From Macrostomum lignano (lineage: Eukaryota), in NCBI GenBank assembly GCA_002269645.1, contig NIVC01000362.1, forward strand, positions 558,001 to 622,000: DNA of 64,000 nt, read 5' to 3'. This document shows positions 50,363 to 63,439 of the stretch, one piece after another. A program made the translations under genes and the position numbers. The number at the start of each line of letters is the position of its first letter. The first letter of the stretch is position 1. Under the pieces are notes generated by a model, which worked only from the letters and a program-made list of their open reading frames with translations, did no database searches and was not told where the DNA came from.

Positions 50363-51505
50363 CTATACAACAGAAATGTCTTCAATAACATCGTCAACTG
50401 ACATCAGCGTAGTCGGATAGGATAGTCCATCGCTGACTGGCGGACAAGTGGACGGCAGCAAGACGTGTCTCCAGAACGACCTCCCAGGTGCATCGATGCA
50501 CAAGGCTTGTCTAAGATTTTTACGCCAGCCTAAATCGTACGGATTACGATAAGTCAATCCTTTAGCTAGCATAGATTTGGCCATACGCCGATTAATATGA
50601 GTCTCAATGCAGGTCTCATTGCGGCTGGCCAGAAACACGTGATAGGCTGTCAAACAGCCCAATACCAGAGCTACAGCCGAGGTGAGAACAATCTCATAAT
50701 AGACCATGTGGTGCACAGTGGCATACTGGAATAGCCAATCCAGTGCCGGTCTCTCCGCAGCCATAAAGGTCGAAGCATCAATGGAAGCTGCATCAACATC
50801 ATCGTCCCGATCCCAGCTGTAAAAGTGGTCATTATAAACCGGAGCAGCCACCAGCGCAACGTACACACAGCCGGCTAGCATGTACACGCAGAACAGTACA
50901 AAATGCTTATAATTGTACAATCCAACGCAAGAGTTAATCCACGGACAGTGATGATCCATGCGTAGGACGCATCGTTTGCATACGGCGCAATGATGCGCCC
51001 GAGGCGGCTTAGGGGCGACGCATCGCCGACAGACGCCAACAACTGGAAAAGTGCAACCGGCTGGCGGGGACCCGGGGTCGGAGAAGGCGGCGCAGTAGTA
51101 ATGAAACACAATGTTCACCAGCAGCCAGTGGCCGAACAGCAGGTGCCATAGACAGCGCAGCCGGCTCTCAAAGTACACGGCCGGCAATAGGCAAGTGTAG
51201 AATACGAATACTACTGAGGCGGTGAGTAGTATAACCAGGCAGACAAGTAGGGCGCCGAGTCTTTGAGCAACGGATTCGCCGATGCGAACCAGCGGCCAAA
51301 TGGCTGTCTCTATGCTGTAGTAGAAATCCGCGTGATGATTGTAGCAGAAGGCGCCGCAGAAGACTGCCAATTGGCGGCGGAGTTGGCGCCACAGGCGGTG
51401 CCTGCGGATCCGGCGGCAGCAGCGGCCGATCAGCAGCGCTGGCACTCGGCGTGTGCAGCGCTGAGGTGAGCGGAGGCGACGAGGCAAAACATTATTGGAG
51501 ATCAT
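50363..51505 (-). CDS. ZDHHC16: DHHC palmitoyltransferase, ZDHHC16-like, intronless (380 aa)
   Basis: CRRCVAPKPPRAHHCAVCKRCVLRMDHHCPWINSCVG DHHC domain. The N-terminal TM region (LVILLTASVV..Y.C.LP; WHLLFGHW...VFHYY) and the NETCIE motif fit ZDHHC16. Confidence 0.92.
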   Translation of the reverse strand: MISNNVLPRRLRSPQRCTRRVPALLIGRCCRRIRRHRLWRQLRRQLAVFCGAFCYNHHADFYYSIETAIWPLVRIGESVAQRLGALLVCLVILLTASVVFVFYTCLLPAVYFESRLRCLWHLLFGHWLLVNIVFHYYCAAFSDPGSPPAGCTFPVVGVCRRCVAPKPPRAHHCAVCKRCVLRMDHHCPWINSCVGLYNYKHFVLFCVYMLAGCVYVALVAAPVYNDHFYSWDRDDDVDAASIDASTFMAAERPALDWLFQYATVHHMVYYEIVLTSAVALVLGCLTAYHVFLASRNETCIETHINRRMAKSMLAKGLTYRNPYDLGWRKNLRQALCIDAPGRSFWRHVLLPSTCPPVSDGLSYPTTLMSVDDVIEDISVV

Positions 51506-51552
51506 GCGCAGTAAGGATGTCGGAAAAACATGTCTATTTCTAAAAGCACATG

Positions 51553-52255
51553 TGCCATTTCTGAATATTGAGATGCCATTTCTGAATATTGAGATGCCAT
51601 TCCTGAATATTGAGATGCCATTTCTAAATATTGAGATGCCATTTCTAAATATTGAGATGCCAATTCTAATATTGAGATGCCATTTCTGAATATTGGGTTG
51701 TCATTTCTGAATATTGAGATGCCATTTCTGAATATTGAGATGCCATTCCTGAATATTGAGATGCCATTTCTGAATATTGAGATGCCATTTCTAAATATTG
51801 AGATGCCAATTCTATATATTGAGATGCCATTTCTGAATATTGGGTTGTCATTTCTGAATATTGAGATGCCATTTCTGAATATTGAGATGCCATTCCTGAA
51901 TATTGAGATGCCATTTCTGAATATTGAGATGCCATTTCTAAATATTGAGATGCCAATTCTATATATTGAGATGCCATTTCTGAATATTGGGTTGTCATTT
52001 CTGAATATTGAGATGCCATTTCTGAATATTGAGATGCCATTCCTGAATATTGAGATGCCATTTCTGAATATTGAGATGCCATTTCTAAATATTGAGATGC
52101 CATTTCTACATATTGGGTTGTCATTTCTGAATATTGAGATGCCATTTCTGAATATTGGGTTGTCATTTCTGAATATTGAGATGCCATTTCTGAATATTGA
52201 GATGCCATTTCTGAATATTGAGATGCCATTTCTGAATATTGAGATGCCATTTCTA
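51553..52255. repeat. 21-bp minisatellite (gagatgccatttctgaatatt)
   Basis: Immediately upstream of the ZDHHC16 acceptor. Confidence 0.95.
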
Positions 52256-52869
52256 AAGACTTTTCTCTACTAATGCCATTTCTAAAACTCGATTTCGATT
52301 AAAATAAAAAGAAATAATACAACTAATTTCTGAAGGTGTAATTACCAGTTGAAATAAAATTGATAGATTCTTTCAGTTGCATTAACCAGAAGAAGGCTAA
52401 TAAGTGGTGTACAAAAATAAAAAAATGTATTAAAAACAGAAATATTAAAACAGGGATTGCAAATAAAAAACTGTACCTGAAATGACAAAGTGAATGATAA
52501 TTTACAAAGCTTGAAAGATAATTATAGAGAAAAATGGCAAATGGCAAAAAAGTTTTTAATAATACAGTACCGGTTTGTAGGAACTATTTTACAGTTGGAT
52601 TCGTTCTGTATAGTATGATAGTATGAAATAAAATGTAAGATGAATAAAACTATCAATATGAATAGTTCGGGAACTTATAATAAAACACGTATGAGCGGAA
52701 AAATTGTTATTAACAGCAAATGGATAATTAAGGGTTAGGAATTTCTTGCTGCACCCCAATAAAGTAACGCAGGCACATGAAAGGTGTTTATAATTTTTAT
52801 TGATTTTTTATACTTAGATTCTGCTAATTGCTAATTTAATAATACGGAGTCTCTATTGACTTTGGAGAA

Positions 52870-54330
52870 CTTCTAGAAGGATACCGAAGGTCTTTGTAGC
52901 TCTCTAAATGACATCTCTAGAAGGATACTGATGGTCTTTGTAGCTCTCTAAATGACATCTCTAGAAGGACACTGATGGTCTTTGTAGCTCTCTAAATGAC
53001 ATCTCTAGAAGGATACTGATGGTCTTTGTAGCTCTCTAAATGACATCTCTAGAAGGATACCGATGGTCTTTGTAGCTCTCTAAATAACCTTTGTAGAAGG
53101 ACACTGATGGTCTTTGTAGCTCTCTAAATAACATTTCTAGAAGGATACTGATGGTCTTTGTAGCTCTCTAAATGACATCTCTAGAAGGATACCGATGGTC
53201 TTTGTAGCTCTCTAAATAACATTTCTAGAAGGATACCGATGGTCTTTGTAGCTCTCTAAATGACATTTCTAAAAGGATACCGATGGTCTTTGTATAGCTC
53301 CCTAAATTTTACCTCTAAAAGCAGTCAATAGTCTTTGTTTAGCTCTTAAGTGCCGGCGACTCTCCCGTTGTCAGGAGTAGCAGCAAAAAATTACGTAACT
53401 CTACATCAGTGCAAATAGTCCTCACACCTATTAATAATATCAGTCAGTTGTCAATCACCAAAACCACCTGTAGTTAGCTCGAAGATCAATCGAGTTGAAT
53501 CAGATTTTATCAACGTCGATATCTTCTTCGGCAGCATTATTGCCGTCATTATTATTAGTAGCCGAAGACTTTCTGCGCACAGCATCGGCCACAGTTTTCG
53601 GTCCGGGGTGCAAATTTTTGGCCATGCTGTTCAGTCGATTGTTGCGCAATTTCTCAACAGCGATTCGATCCTGACGGTTGCCGTTGCTAGGCACCAGTTT
53701 GTGCTCCGCGGCGGCCCGTTTTGAGCGACCTTTGCCGCCTTTGCCGCCGAGATAGCGCTCAGCGTCGTAGTTGTACTCATCGTAGGCGGACATGTCGACT
53801 GCTGCATGCAATAAATAAAGCGCATGTGACTACTTTTAGTGGTTGATAACGCAACTTTTGATTGAATTTGAAACAAAAAATCTAACTAAAAGCTTGTATT
53901 ATTTATTGGAAGTGGTCTTTGTAGATCTCTAAAAATTATCTCTAGAAGACTATTATGGTCTTTGTAGCTCTCTAAACTAAATCTCGCCTCTAGAAGAGGG
54001 GTTGTGGTCTTTGTAGCTGTCCAGATACCGTCTCTAGAACAATGGTTTCGTCTGTGTAGCTCTCTAAATGCCGTCTCTTGAACAATGTCTATGGTCTTTG
54101 TAGCTGTCTAAATTCAGTCTCTTGAACAATGTCTATGGTCTCTGTAGCTGTCTAAATGCTTTCTCTGGAACAATGTCTATGGTCTTTGTAGCTCTCTAAA
54201 TGCCGTCTCTGGAACAATGTCTATGGGCTTTGTAGCTCTCTAAATTCCGTTTCTGGAACAATGTCTATGGGCTTTGTAGCTCTCTAAATTCCGTTTCTAG
54301 AACAATGTCTGTGGTCTTTGTAGCCCTTGA
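52870..54330. repeat. ~44-bp minisatellite family on both sides of NUPR1-like (52870-53340 and 53915-54330)
   Basis: Unit gatggtctttgtagctctctaaatgacatctctagaaggatacc, same orientation on each side. Confidence 0.85.
53500..53793 (-). CDS. NUPR1: NUPR1/p8-like small nuclear protein (97 aa)
   Basis: MSAYDEYNY...YLGGKGGKGRSKRAAAEH...AVEKLRNN resembles p8 YLGGGGRKGRTKREAAAN...LVTKLQNS. Confidence 0.68.
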   Translation of the reverse strand: MSAYDEYNYDAERYLGGKGGKGRSKRAAAEHKLVPSNGNRQDRIAVEKLRNNRLNSMAKNLHPGPKTVADAVRRKSSATNNNDGNNAAEEDIDVDKI

Positions 54331-55611
54331 AAAAAGCCGTTTTTAACAAATAAAAAAACAAGAGCAAACTGAGACTATCAGAAAACAAAAGTTAGGCTTG
54401 ACTACTACGCTAGCAAGCGAGCATTCATAATCAGGTGAAAAGTAGTACAAAATGATTAGAGAACTATAGAGCAATCAGCAAATTACTCATGAAAAATATA
54501 GCGACAATATGATAATAGTAAAATAAATATAGTGGGAAAGCTGGAAGCATTAGGGTTAGAAAAAAAGACAAAGCTAACAACAACAATATCCGAACTGCTT
54601 TTTTGGACAAAGACTACATATATATAACAATCGGCACGATAAATATATGCAAGAAATTAGAGTTAAAGCATTTGGTAGCTATTAGTCAAGTTGAGGTGAA
54701 AATGCAGCATATGCTTAGATTTATTATATATAAGAATTAGATAAAATAGCTATAGAAGCTAAGCCAGGCAAAGCCAAAACGATATATAAGCGACTATAAT
54801 GTTAAAGCTTAATAAGGCAACGAGTGTTTGATGCACAACAAGCGCGTTATCAGCATAAAACAACACAGTTTTCTTAGTTTGATTTGCAGGCATTCTGATT
54901 AAACTGCAGTGCGGTTATCATTTAGAATAATCGGCGCTATGGGTTAGCAAAAATATTACCAAATATTTACGAATATTGTCGATATTGCAGACATTTTGAG
55001 TTAATTTCTACAGTTAGCAGATATTCATCCTTCAGGTTCAGCTACCCTCCCTGATCCTTCAGTGGGTCCAGCTACCCCTCCCTGATCCTTCCGTGGGTCC
55101 AGCTACCCTCCCTGATCCTTCAGTGGGTCGCCGCTACTCCCTCCCTGATCCTTCAGGGAGGCACTCACTCGAAGATACAATATCGTACCCTTATAACATA
55201 ACTAGAAGTACGATTTTGCAAACTTCTTTAAGAAAACGGAACAGAAAAGTGGCGTCAAAAGAAACGTTCCGTCCTATTAAAGAACCGTCAAGTTTTAAAT
55301 CAACTTTATGCAAAACAATATAGTTACTAGCTAACTGTTATTGCACTAATTAAAAATCACGCAAATAAATATAGTTTTATTGTTCGTCTGATTGTTATAA
55401 TGCTGCAAGTTGATTTTTAGTTCTATTTGACAGCGCGGAAACCGCTGTCATTTTCAAACTCGTACGTTGACCAATCCCCTTCATCGTTGCTGCCGCTTAT
55501 TGGCGCACAATACATCATAGACTGTTATTATTGAAGACTGCATGGCCATAGACAAATCAGCTTCAACGCTTGCATAGATAAAGACTGTGGAGGAGGACAG
55601 TGGAAAGCATG

Positions 55612-56160
55612 AACGACCATAGACTATTTTAACTAAACTCCCTCCTTTGCCTTCGCCTCTCTCGCGGTTCTTTCTCTCTTCGACCATAGACTATTTTAAC
55701 TAAACTCCCTCCTTTGCCTTCGCCTCTCTCGCAGTTCTTTCTCTCTTCGACCATAGACTATTTTAACTAAACTCCCTCCTTTGCCTTCGCCTCTCTCGCA
55801 GTTCTTTCTCTCTTCGACCATAGACTATTTTAACTAAACTCCCTCTTTTGCCTTCGCCTCTCTCGCGGTTCTTTCTCTCTTCGACCATAGACTATTTTAA
55901 CTAAACTCCCTCCTTTGCCTTTGCCTCTCTCGCAGTTCTTTCTCTCTTCGACCATAGACTATTTTAACTAAACTCCCTCCTTTGCCTTCGCCTCTCTCGC
56001 AGTTCTTTCTCTCTTCGACCATAGACTATTTTAACTGCACTGACTCTTTTTTGCCCCCCTCCTCTCTCGCGGTGAACATAGACTATTTCAACTACACTGA
56101 CTATCCTCCCTCTCGGTTCTTCCTCTCTTCGACCATAGACTATTTTAACTACACTCTATC
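55612..56160. repeat. 67-bp minisatellite (cgaccatagactattttaactaaactccc...)
   Basis: About 8 copies, decaying to the right. Confidence 0.9.
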
Positions 56161-56436
56161 TCTCTATGCTATCCAAAAACAAGTGTAACAACAGGAACGA
56201 AGAACGTATAATGAAGCTCATGCGTAAAAAAAACGATAGAAGAAGTGCAACAGAGGGCAGATGACAAGTTGGAAGAGTATTTTTGTTTTTTAATTACTTT
56301 TGATTTGAAGAAGGCGTAGAGGCTTACTTGTTAAAAGTTTGGCCATAGACAAATTTCAACTTAAATCAAACAGCAGTGCAGCACAAGGAAATCAAATGAC
56401 TAAACTAGTAAGCTATGAAAATCTTATTTAAATAAT

Positions 56437-56970
56437 TTACAAATCGAAGTCTTCACTAGGCGCTAATTGAGCTTTCTCTTTCGGCGACCGCCTCGGCGCA
56501 GGCACAGGAGGTGAAGAAAGATTAGGCTGCTGTTGTTGCTGCTTTTGCTTCTGCTGTTCGCGCATGTCTTTCATCTGTTGCCTGAGAGCTCGCTGCTTTC
56601 TATCGGCAATCATCTGTTCCAGACCTTCGCCGCTTCCGCCAGCGAGTTCGCCACGGTCGCTGTCGCCGCAGCTTGACCCATAGTCGTCCAGTTCCGAGTC
56701 GGAGTCCGAGCTGGCTAATCTGTCGTCTTCGCGTTGAAAATCGAAAGTTCGATTCATGGCCGCGATTAGGCCGCCAACGTCGCTCACTCCACCGCCAGTG
56801 TCGCCGGCGTCGTCGGCCAAGCAATCGACGGAGGCGGCGGATTCGTCGCTGATTCCGCAGGAGGCGCCGCCGCTGCCGCTGGCGCCGGCACTGGCGCCTT
56901 CAGCGGTTGAAGCGGTTCGTTTGGCGCCAGCTCGAGGCGCCGGCACTGGCGGCTGTCTGACGGTGGACAT
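56437..56970 (-). CDS. Unknown acidic, low-complexity protein (177 aa) with two PPVPAPR motifs
   Basis: Single GC-rich ORF with the same compositional style as neighbouring genes; acceptors 9 and 27 nt upstream of the ATG; no recognised family. Confidence 0.55.
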   Translation of the reverse strand: MSTVRQPPVPAPRAGAKRTASTAEGASAGASGSGGASCGISDESAASVDCLADDAGDTGGGVSDVGGLIAAMNRTFDFQREDDRLASSDSDSELDDYGSSCGDSDRGELAGGSGEGLEQMIADRKQRALRQQMKDMREQQKQKQQQQQPNLSSPPVPAPRRSPKEKAQLAPSEDFDL

Positions 56971-57103
56971 TGTGAATTGCTGTCTCTCTCTTGCAAACTG
57001 CAGATGAGCATCAAGATGGTTGCGTAGGCTTCAAGACATTGGCTTTTCCAATCGAAAATAAATCCAGGTAGATAGTAGAAGACAGGCAGACAGAGTGATA
57101 GAT

Positions 57104-58005
57104 GATCTACCTGCTCAGTGATCTACTTGCTCAGTGATCTACCTGCTCAGTGATCTACCTGCTCAGTGATCTACTTGCTCAGTGATCTACCTGCTCAGTG
57201 ATCTACTTGCTCAGTGATCTACCTGCTTAGTGATCTACATGCTCAGTGATCTACCTGCTCAGTGATCTACCTGCTCAGTGATTTACTTGCTCAGTGATTT
57301 ACTTGCTCAGTGATCTACCTGCTCAGTGATCTACCTGCTCAGTGATCTACCTGGTCAGTGATCTACCCGACTAGTGATCTACCTGCTTAGTGATCTACCT
57401 GCTCAGTGATCTACCTGCCTAGTGATCTACCTGCCTTGTGATCTACCTGCCTTGTGATCTACCTGCTTAGTGATCTACCTGCTCAGTGATCTACCTGCTT
57501 AGTGATCTACCTGCTCAGTGATCTACCTGCTCAGTGATCTACTTGCTCAGTGATCTACCTGCTCAGTGATCTACCCGACTAGTGATCTACGTGCTTAGTG
57601 ATCTACCTGCTCAGTGATCTACCTGCTCAGTGATCTACCCGACTAGTGATCTACCTGCTTAGTGATCTACCTGCTCAGTGATCTACCTGCCTAGTGATCT
57701 ACCTGCTTAGTGATCTACCTGCTCAGTGATCTACCTGCTCAGTGATCTACCTGCTCAGTGATCTACCTGCTCAGTGATCTACCTGCTTAGTGATCTACCT
57801 GCTCAGTGATCTACCTGCTTAGTGATCTACGTGCTTAGTGATCTACCTGCTCAGTGATCTACCTGCTTAGTGATCTACGTGCTTAGTGATCTACCTGCTC
57901 AGTGATCTACCTGCTCAGTGATCTACCTGCTCAGTGATCTACCTGCTTAGTGATCTACCTGCTCAGTGATCTACCTGCTTAGTGATCTACCTGCTTAGTG
58001 ATCTA
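57104..58005. repeat. 16-bp minisatellite (gtgatctacctgctca); same family at ~60912-61382
   Basis: One array is intergenic and one is in a DHX16 intron. Confidence 0.95.
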
Positions 58006-58263
58006 TTCTACATTTGGTATTTTATAAAAATGATAATGAAAACCAACAACACGGATTCAATATGATAATTAGCGCATACATAAGTTACCAATAAAGTTGA
58101 AATGCAAATTAACAGCAAGCATATATACCGTATTATCGCGTTTATTTAAAAATATTTGCAAACATGATAGCATTGAGAGTCGCAGAAAATATAAGTATAT
58201 AATAAACAGTTACATTTATTAAACGCAGAAAATCATTTATACTCGTAGTTTACCAAATAAGCG

Positions 58264-61200
58264 TCAACCTTTAACAGCCGGAGCAGACGAATAATCCCTA
58301 GTAACGTCTTCTTTGGCTTTGCCTGTCTGTTTGGGCATTTTTCTGGTCTCCGCCTCGATGTCTTTAGCCTTGTAGTAGTGCGGCGCCACCTCCAGCAGCC
58401 AGCGCGGATCGATCTCGACGACCTGACGCATGAACTCCTTAGTGGTGAACACTAGCTCGAAGTAGATCACCCAGGGCGGTCGGTCTTCTACTACGGACGA
58501 GTTCGGGTGCACCTGCGGTTTTTAAGATTAGCGGCGGTAGGTAGATTTACCGCTCAATCAAGTTTAGAAAAACGGCTCCTCCCTGATCCTTCAGTGGGTG
58601 CCGCTAACCCTCCCCGTTCCTTCAGTGGGTGCCGCTAACCCTCCCCGATCCTTCAGTGGGTGCCGCTAACCCTCCCTGATCCTTCAGTGGGTGCCGCTAA
58701 CCCTCCCCGTTCCTTCAGTGGGTGCCGCTAACCCTCCCCGATCCTTCAGTGGGTGCCGCTAACCCTCCCCGTTCCTTCAGTGGGTGCCGCTAACCCTCCC
58801 TGATCCTTCAGTGGGTGCCGCTAACCCTCCCCGATCCTTCAGTGGGTGCCGCTAACCCTCCCTGATCATTCAGTGGGTGCCGCTAACCCTCCCCGATCCT
58901 TCAGTGGGTGTCGCTAACCCTCCCCGATCATTCAGTGGGTGCCGCTAACCCTCCCCGATCCTTCAGTGGGTGCCGCTAACCCTCCCCGATCATTCAGTGG
59001 GTGCCGCTAACCCTCCCCGATCCTTCAGTGGGTGCCGCTAACCCTCCCTGATCATTCAGTGGGTGCCGCTACCCTCTCCCTGATACTTGAGCAGGTTCAG
59101 AGGTTCAGATACCCTCTCTAAAGCTTGAGCAGGCTCAGATACCCCTCTCTAAAGCTTGAGCAGGCTCAGATATCCCTCTCTAAAGCTTGAGCAGGCTCAG
59201 ATATCCCTCTCTAAAGCTTGAGCAGGCTCAGATATCCCTCTCTAAAGCTTGAGCAGGCTCAGATATCCCTCTCTAAAGCTTGAGCAGGCTCAGATACCCC
59301 TCTCTAAAGCTTGACCAGGCTCAGATACCCTCTCTAAAGCTTGAGCAGGCTCAGATATCCCTCTCTAAAGCTTGAGCAGGTTCAGATATCCCTCTCTAAA
59401 GCTTGAGCAGGCTCAGATATCCCTCTCTAAAGCTTGAGCAGGCTCAGATACCCCTCTCTAAAGCTTGAGCAGGCTCAGATGCCCCTAAAGCTTGAGCAGG
59501 CTCAGATACCCCTCTCTAAAGCTTGAGCAGGCTCAGATACCCCTCTCTAAAGCTTGAGCAGGCTCAGATATCCCTCTCTAAAGCTTGAGCAGGCTCAGAT
59601 ATCCCTCTCTAAAGCTTGAGCAGGCTCAGATATCCCTCTCTAAAGCTTGAGCAGGCTCAGATATCCCTCTCTAAAGCTTGAGCAGGCTCAGATACCCCTC
59701 TCTAAAGCTTGACCAGGCTCAGATACCCTCTCTAAAGCTTGAGCAGGCTCAGATATCCCTCTCTAAAGCTTGAGCAGGTTCAGATATCCCTCTCTAAAGC
59801 TTGAGCAGGCTCAGATATCCCTCTCTAAAGCTTGAGCAGGCTCAGATACCCCTCTCTAAAGCTTGACCAGGCTCAGATACCCTCTCTAAAGCTTGAGCAG
59901 GCTCAGATATCCCTCTCTAAAGCTTGAGCAGGTTCAGATATCCCTCTCTAAAGCTTGAGCAGGCTCAGACACCCTCTCTAAAACTTGAGCACGCTCAGAT
60001 ACCCCTCTCTAAAGCTTGAGCAGGCTCAGATACCCCTCTCTTGAGCACAGCACGCACCTGCACAGTGTGCTGATGCTTCACAGTCCGGTAGCCGTCCCTG
60101 CTAAACTTGGCAGTGTGATAAAAGAATCCAGCAGTAATAGCCTTGCGAATAGGCACCGAGTCGCTATTGCAGGAGACTAAATCAACTTCAACGCGTTCCA
60201 ACAGGCCTTCAAATTGATCTCGAATATCTCTGGCCCGTTTCATCGATCGGTGCTGAATAAAATTTTCGTAGCACCATTGAACGGAATAGTTAGCCAATTT
60301 CCACTGGTTGAACACGTTCAACAGAGTGAGATGGTCGCCGCCTGGTCTGTAGAAACTCTTCCTAGCCGTGTCGGCATGTATTGCCTTGTCCTTAGGCCGA
60401 TAGAATATCGCATTATTAACTGACAGCATTGCCGCTATGGTGATAATCTCGTCAGAGCATTTGTACTTCTCCGATGCCAGAATCATTTTCGATAGCATGG
60501 GATCGCACGGCAACTCGGCCATTCGCCTACCCAGTTTAGTCAGCTCGCCTTTGTGATTGAGCGCGCCCAGCGCGTATAGCTGCTCCAGCGCCATCACCAG
60601 AGTGTCATTCGGCGGCGGGTCCATGAAATCAAAGTGCAATAAATCATTGATGCCAAGAGACTTCAATAATAGGACAACGTTGCCTAGATTAGTCCGCTGG
60701 ATCTCCGGGACTGGCTGGCTCTCCAGCTCGTGCTTGTAGGTCCAGGCCGTGTACAAGCGGAAACATTTGCCGTCCCTGACTCGGCCGGCCCGGCCGGCGC
60801 GCTGGTCTGCGCCAGCCTTGGATATTGGCTGCACTAGCAGCGACTCCATGCCCGTGCGGGCGTTGTACGACTTCACCTGGGTTGGCGGGGTGGGGCAATG
60901 GTGTGTATCGTGACCTACCTAGTGATCTGCCTAGTGATCTGCTTAGTGATCTACCTGCCTTGTGATCTACCTGCCTTGTGATCTACCTGCCTAGTGATCT
61001 ACCTGCCTTGTGATCTACCTGCCTTGTGATCTACCTGCCTTGTGATCTACCTGCCTTGTGATCTACCTGCCTTGTGATCTACCTGCCTAGTGATCTACCT
61101 GCCTAGTGATCTACTTGCCTAGTGATCTACCGGCCTAGTGATCTACCTGCCTTGTGATCTACCTGCCTTGTGATCTACTTGCCTAGTGATCTACTTGCCT

Positions 61201-63386
61201 AGTGATCTACCTGCCTTGTGATCTACCTGCCTTGTGATCTACCTGCCTAGTGATCTACCTGCCTAGTGATCTACCTGCCTAGTGGTCTACCTGTCTAGTG
61301 ATCTACCTGCCTAGTGATCTACCTGCCTAGTGGTCTACCTGCCTAGTGATCTGCCTGCCTAGTGATCTACCTGCCTAGTGATCAATCGGTAGATAGATCC
61401 GTCCATTTACAGATTCGTTCATCTATCTACCGATTCATCAATCTATCTACCAATTCATCCATCTATATACTGATTCATCAATCTATCTACCGATTCATCT
61501 ATTCATCTACCAATTAATCCATCCACTGATTAATCTAATCAATAAATCTACCGATAGATCTGAACATAATTACTAATTGAGTGTCTATAAAGAATACAGC
61601 TAGCTCATATCTACCATAGCGCAGACGCAAAAGTCAAAAAATCAATAATCACCTTGCTATATCCAGTATCGATGACGTACACAATGCCGTCAATAGTAAG
61701 CGAAGTCTCGGCAATATTAGTACCAATAACAACCTTCCTAGCGTTAGGCGGAGTCGGCTCAAATATTTTGCCTTGCATATCCGAGGGCAGAGTGGAATAG
61801 ATTGGCGTTATGATCAGTTCGCGCATTTTCGAACCCAATCGTCGAGTTTTCTCTTTGAGAATCTCTTCGGCAGTTTCAATCTCTTCTTGGCCAGTGAGGA
61901 ATACTAGAATATCGCCAGGCAGAGGCTGGGTGAGATGAATTTGCAGCACCGACACTACAGCGGCGTCAACGTAATCAGCCTCGGGCGCTTTCGTATAGTA
62001 GATATCGACATTGTACCGCCGGCCAGGTATGCGAAAGATATTCGCGTCGTCAAAGAATGTAGAGAATTTATCGGCATCCAAAGTGGCCGAACTAATCAAT
62101 AGCTTGAGCTCGGGACGGAATCTGGCAATGTCTTTTACTAAACCGAAAAGTACATCAGTGTGCAGAGTCCGCTCGTGCGCCTCGTCAATAATCATAACGC
62201 TATAGGAGCCCAGATCCGGCTCGGTTAGGAATTCGCGCAGCAGCATGCCGTCTGTCATGTACTTGACCACGGTTCGATCGCTGGTGCAGTCCTCGAATCG
62301 GATGCTGTAGCCAACCTCGTTGCCTAGCTTCACGCCCATCTCTTGGGCTACGCGAGCGGCTACTGACATGGCGGCTACGCGGCGAGGCTGGGTGCAGCCA
62401 ATCTTTTTACCGTCGCGACAATAGCCGGCCTCGTATAGGTACTGCGGTATCTGCGTGGACTTGCCGCTGCCCGTCTCGCCCTCGATAATTAGCACCTGCG
62501 CGTGGCAGAGGGGGGCGATTTTGGGGCGATTATCAGGGCGATTGTTGGGGCGATTATCAGGGCGATTGTTGGGGCGATTATCAAGGCGATTGTTGGGGCG
62601 ATTATCAGGGCGATTGTTGGGGCGATTATCAGGGCGATTGTTGGGGCGATTATCAGGGCGATTGTTGGGGCGATTATCAGGGCGATTGTTGGGGCGATTA
62701 TCAGGGCGATTGTTGGGCAATTGTTGGGGCGATTATCGGGGCGATTATCGGGGCGATTATTGGGGCGATTATCGTGATTGTTGGGGCGATTATCAGGGCG
62801 ATTGTTGAGGCGATTATCGGGGCGATTGTTGGGGCGATTATCGTGGTGATTGTTGGGGCGATTATCAGGGCGATTATCGGGGCGATTGTTGGGGCGATTA
62901 TCGGGGCGATTGTTGGGGTTGTTGGGGCGATTATCGGGACGATTGTGGGAGCGATTGTCGTGGTGATTTTGGGGCGATTATCGAAGTGAATTTGAAAATT
63001 AGAGGTTCTTCTAATTTCCCACTGCAAACCTGGTTAGTCTCGATCGCTTTTAACAGATCGTCGCGAAACGGATACACCGGCAGGCTCTGCCGCGTCTCCT
63101 GCAGCGTCAGCCGCCGCTTCTGCGCCTCGGTCAGTTGAGACTTGCCTCCCTCACTGTCCTCATCCTGTTGATCCTGACTGCCGCGCATAGTAACCGCTCG
63201 AACAAAATCGATCTCGTCGTCCAGCAGATAGCCGCCATATTCGTCGTCGTCTTTGGCTTTGGCGACTTTTCTGGCGTCGCGAGCACCGACGGAGAAGGTG
63301 GCAGCGGCCAGGTGCTCGGTCTCCCAGCGTTTCTGCTCGCCATGGGGACCTTTCTCATGCTCGTCCTCCAGGTAGCGGTCTTCAAT
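58264..63386 (-). CDS. DHX16: DEAH-box pre-mRNA splicing helicase DHX16 (Prp2), 5'-partial
   Basis: Exons 63386-63030, 62495-61653, 60876-60058, 58512-58264, all phase 0. Motifs [25 protein letters not shown] and QRAGRAGR, plus DHX16-type EQKRWE..L.AA..S.GARDA. AATAAA at 58220-58215. Earlier exons lie beyond the window. Confidence 0.97.
58580..60045. repeat. Two abutting 31-bp minisatellites filling the last DHX16 intron
   Basis: ccctccccgatccttcagtgggtgccgctaa (58580-59095; related copies at ~55030-55155), then gagcaggctcagatatccctctctaaagctt (59088-60045). Confidence 0.95.
62515..62985. repeat. 24-bp (2 x 12) minisatellite (ggggcgattatcagggcgattgtt)
   Basis: Fills a DHX16 intron. Confidence 0.93.
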
Positions 63387-63439
63387 CTGAGCGGTTTGAG
63401 ACAATTGGAGCAAATACTTGAGTTGTACGAATTTTGTAA

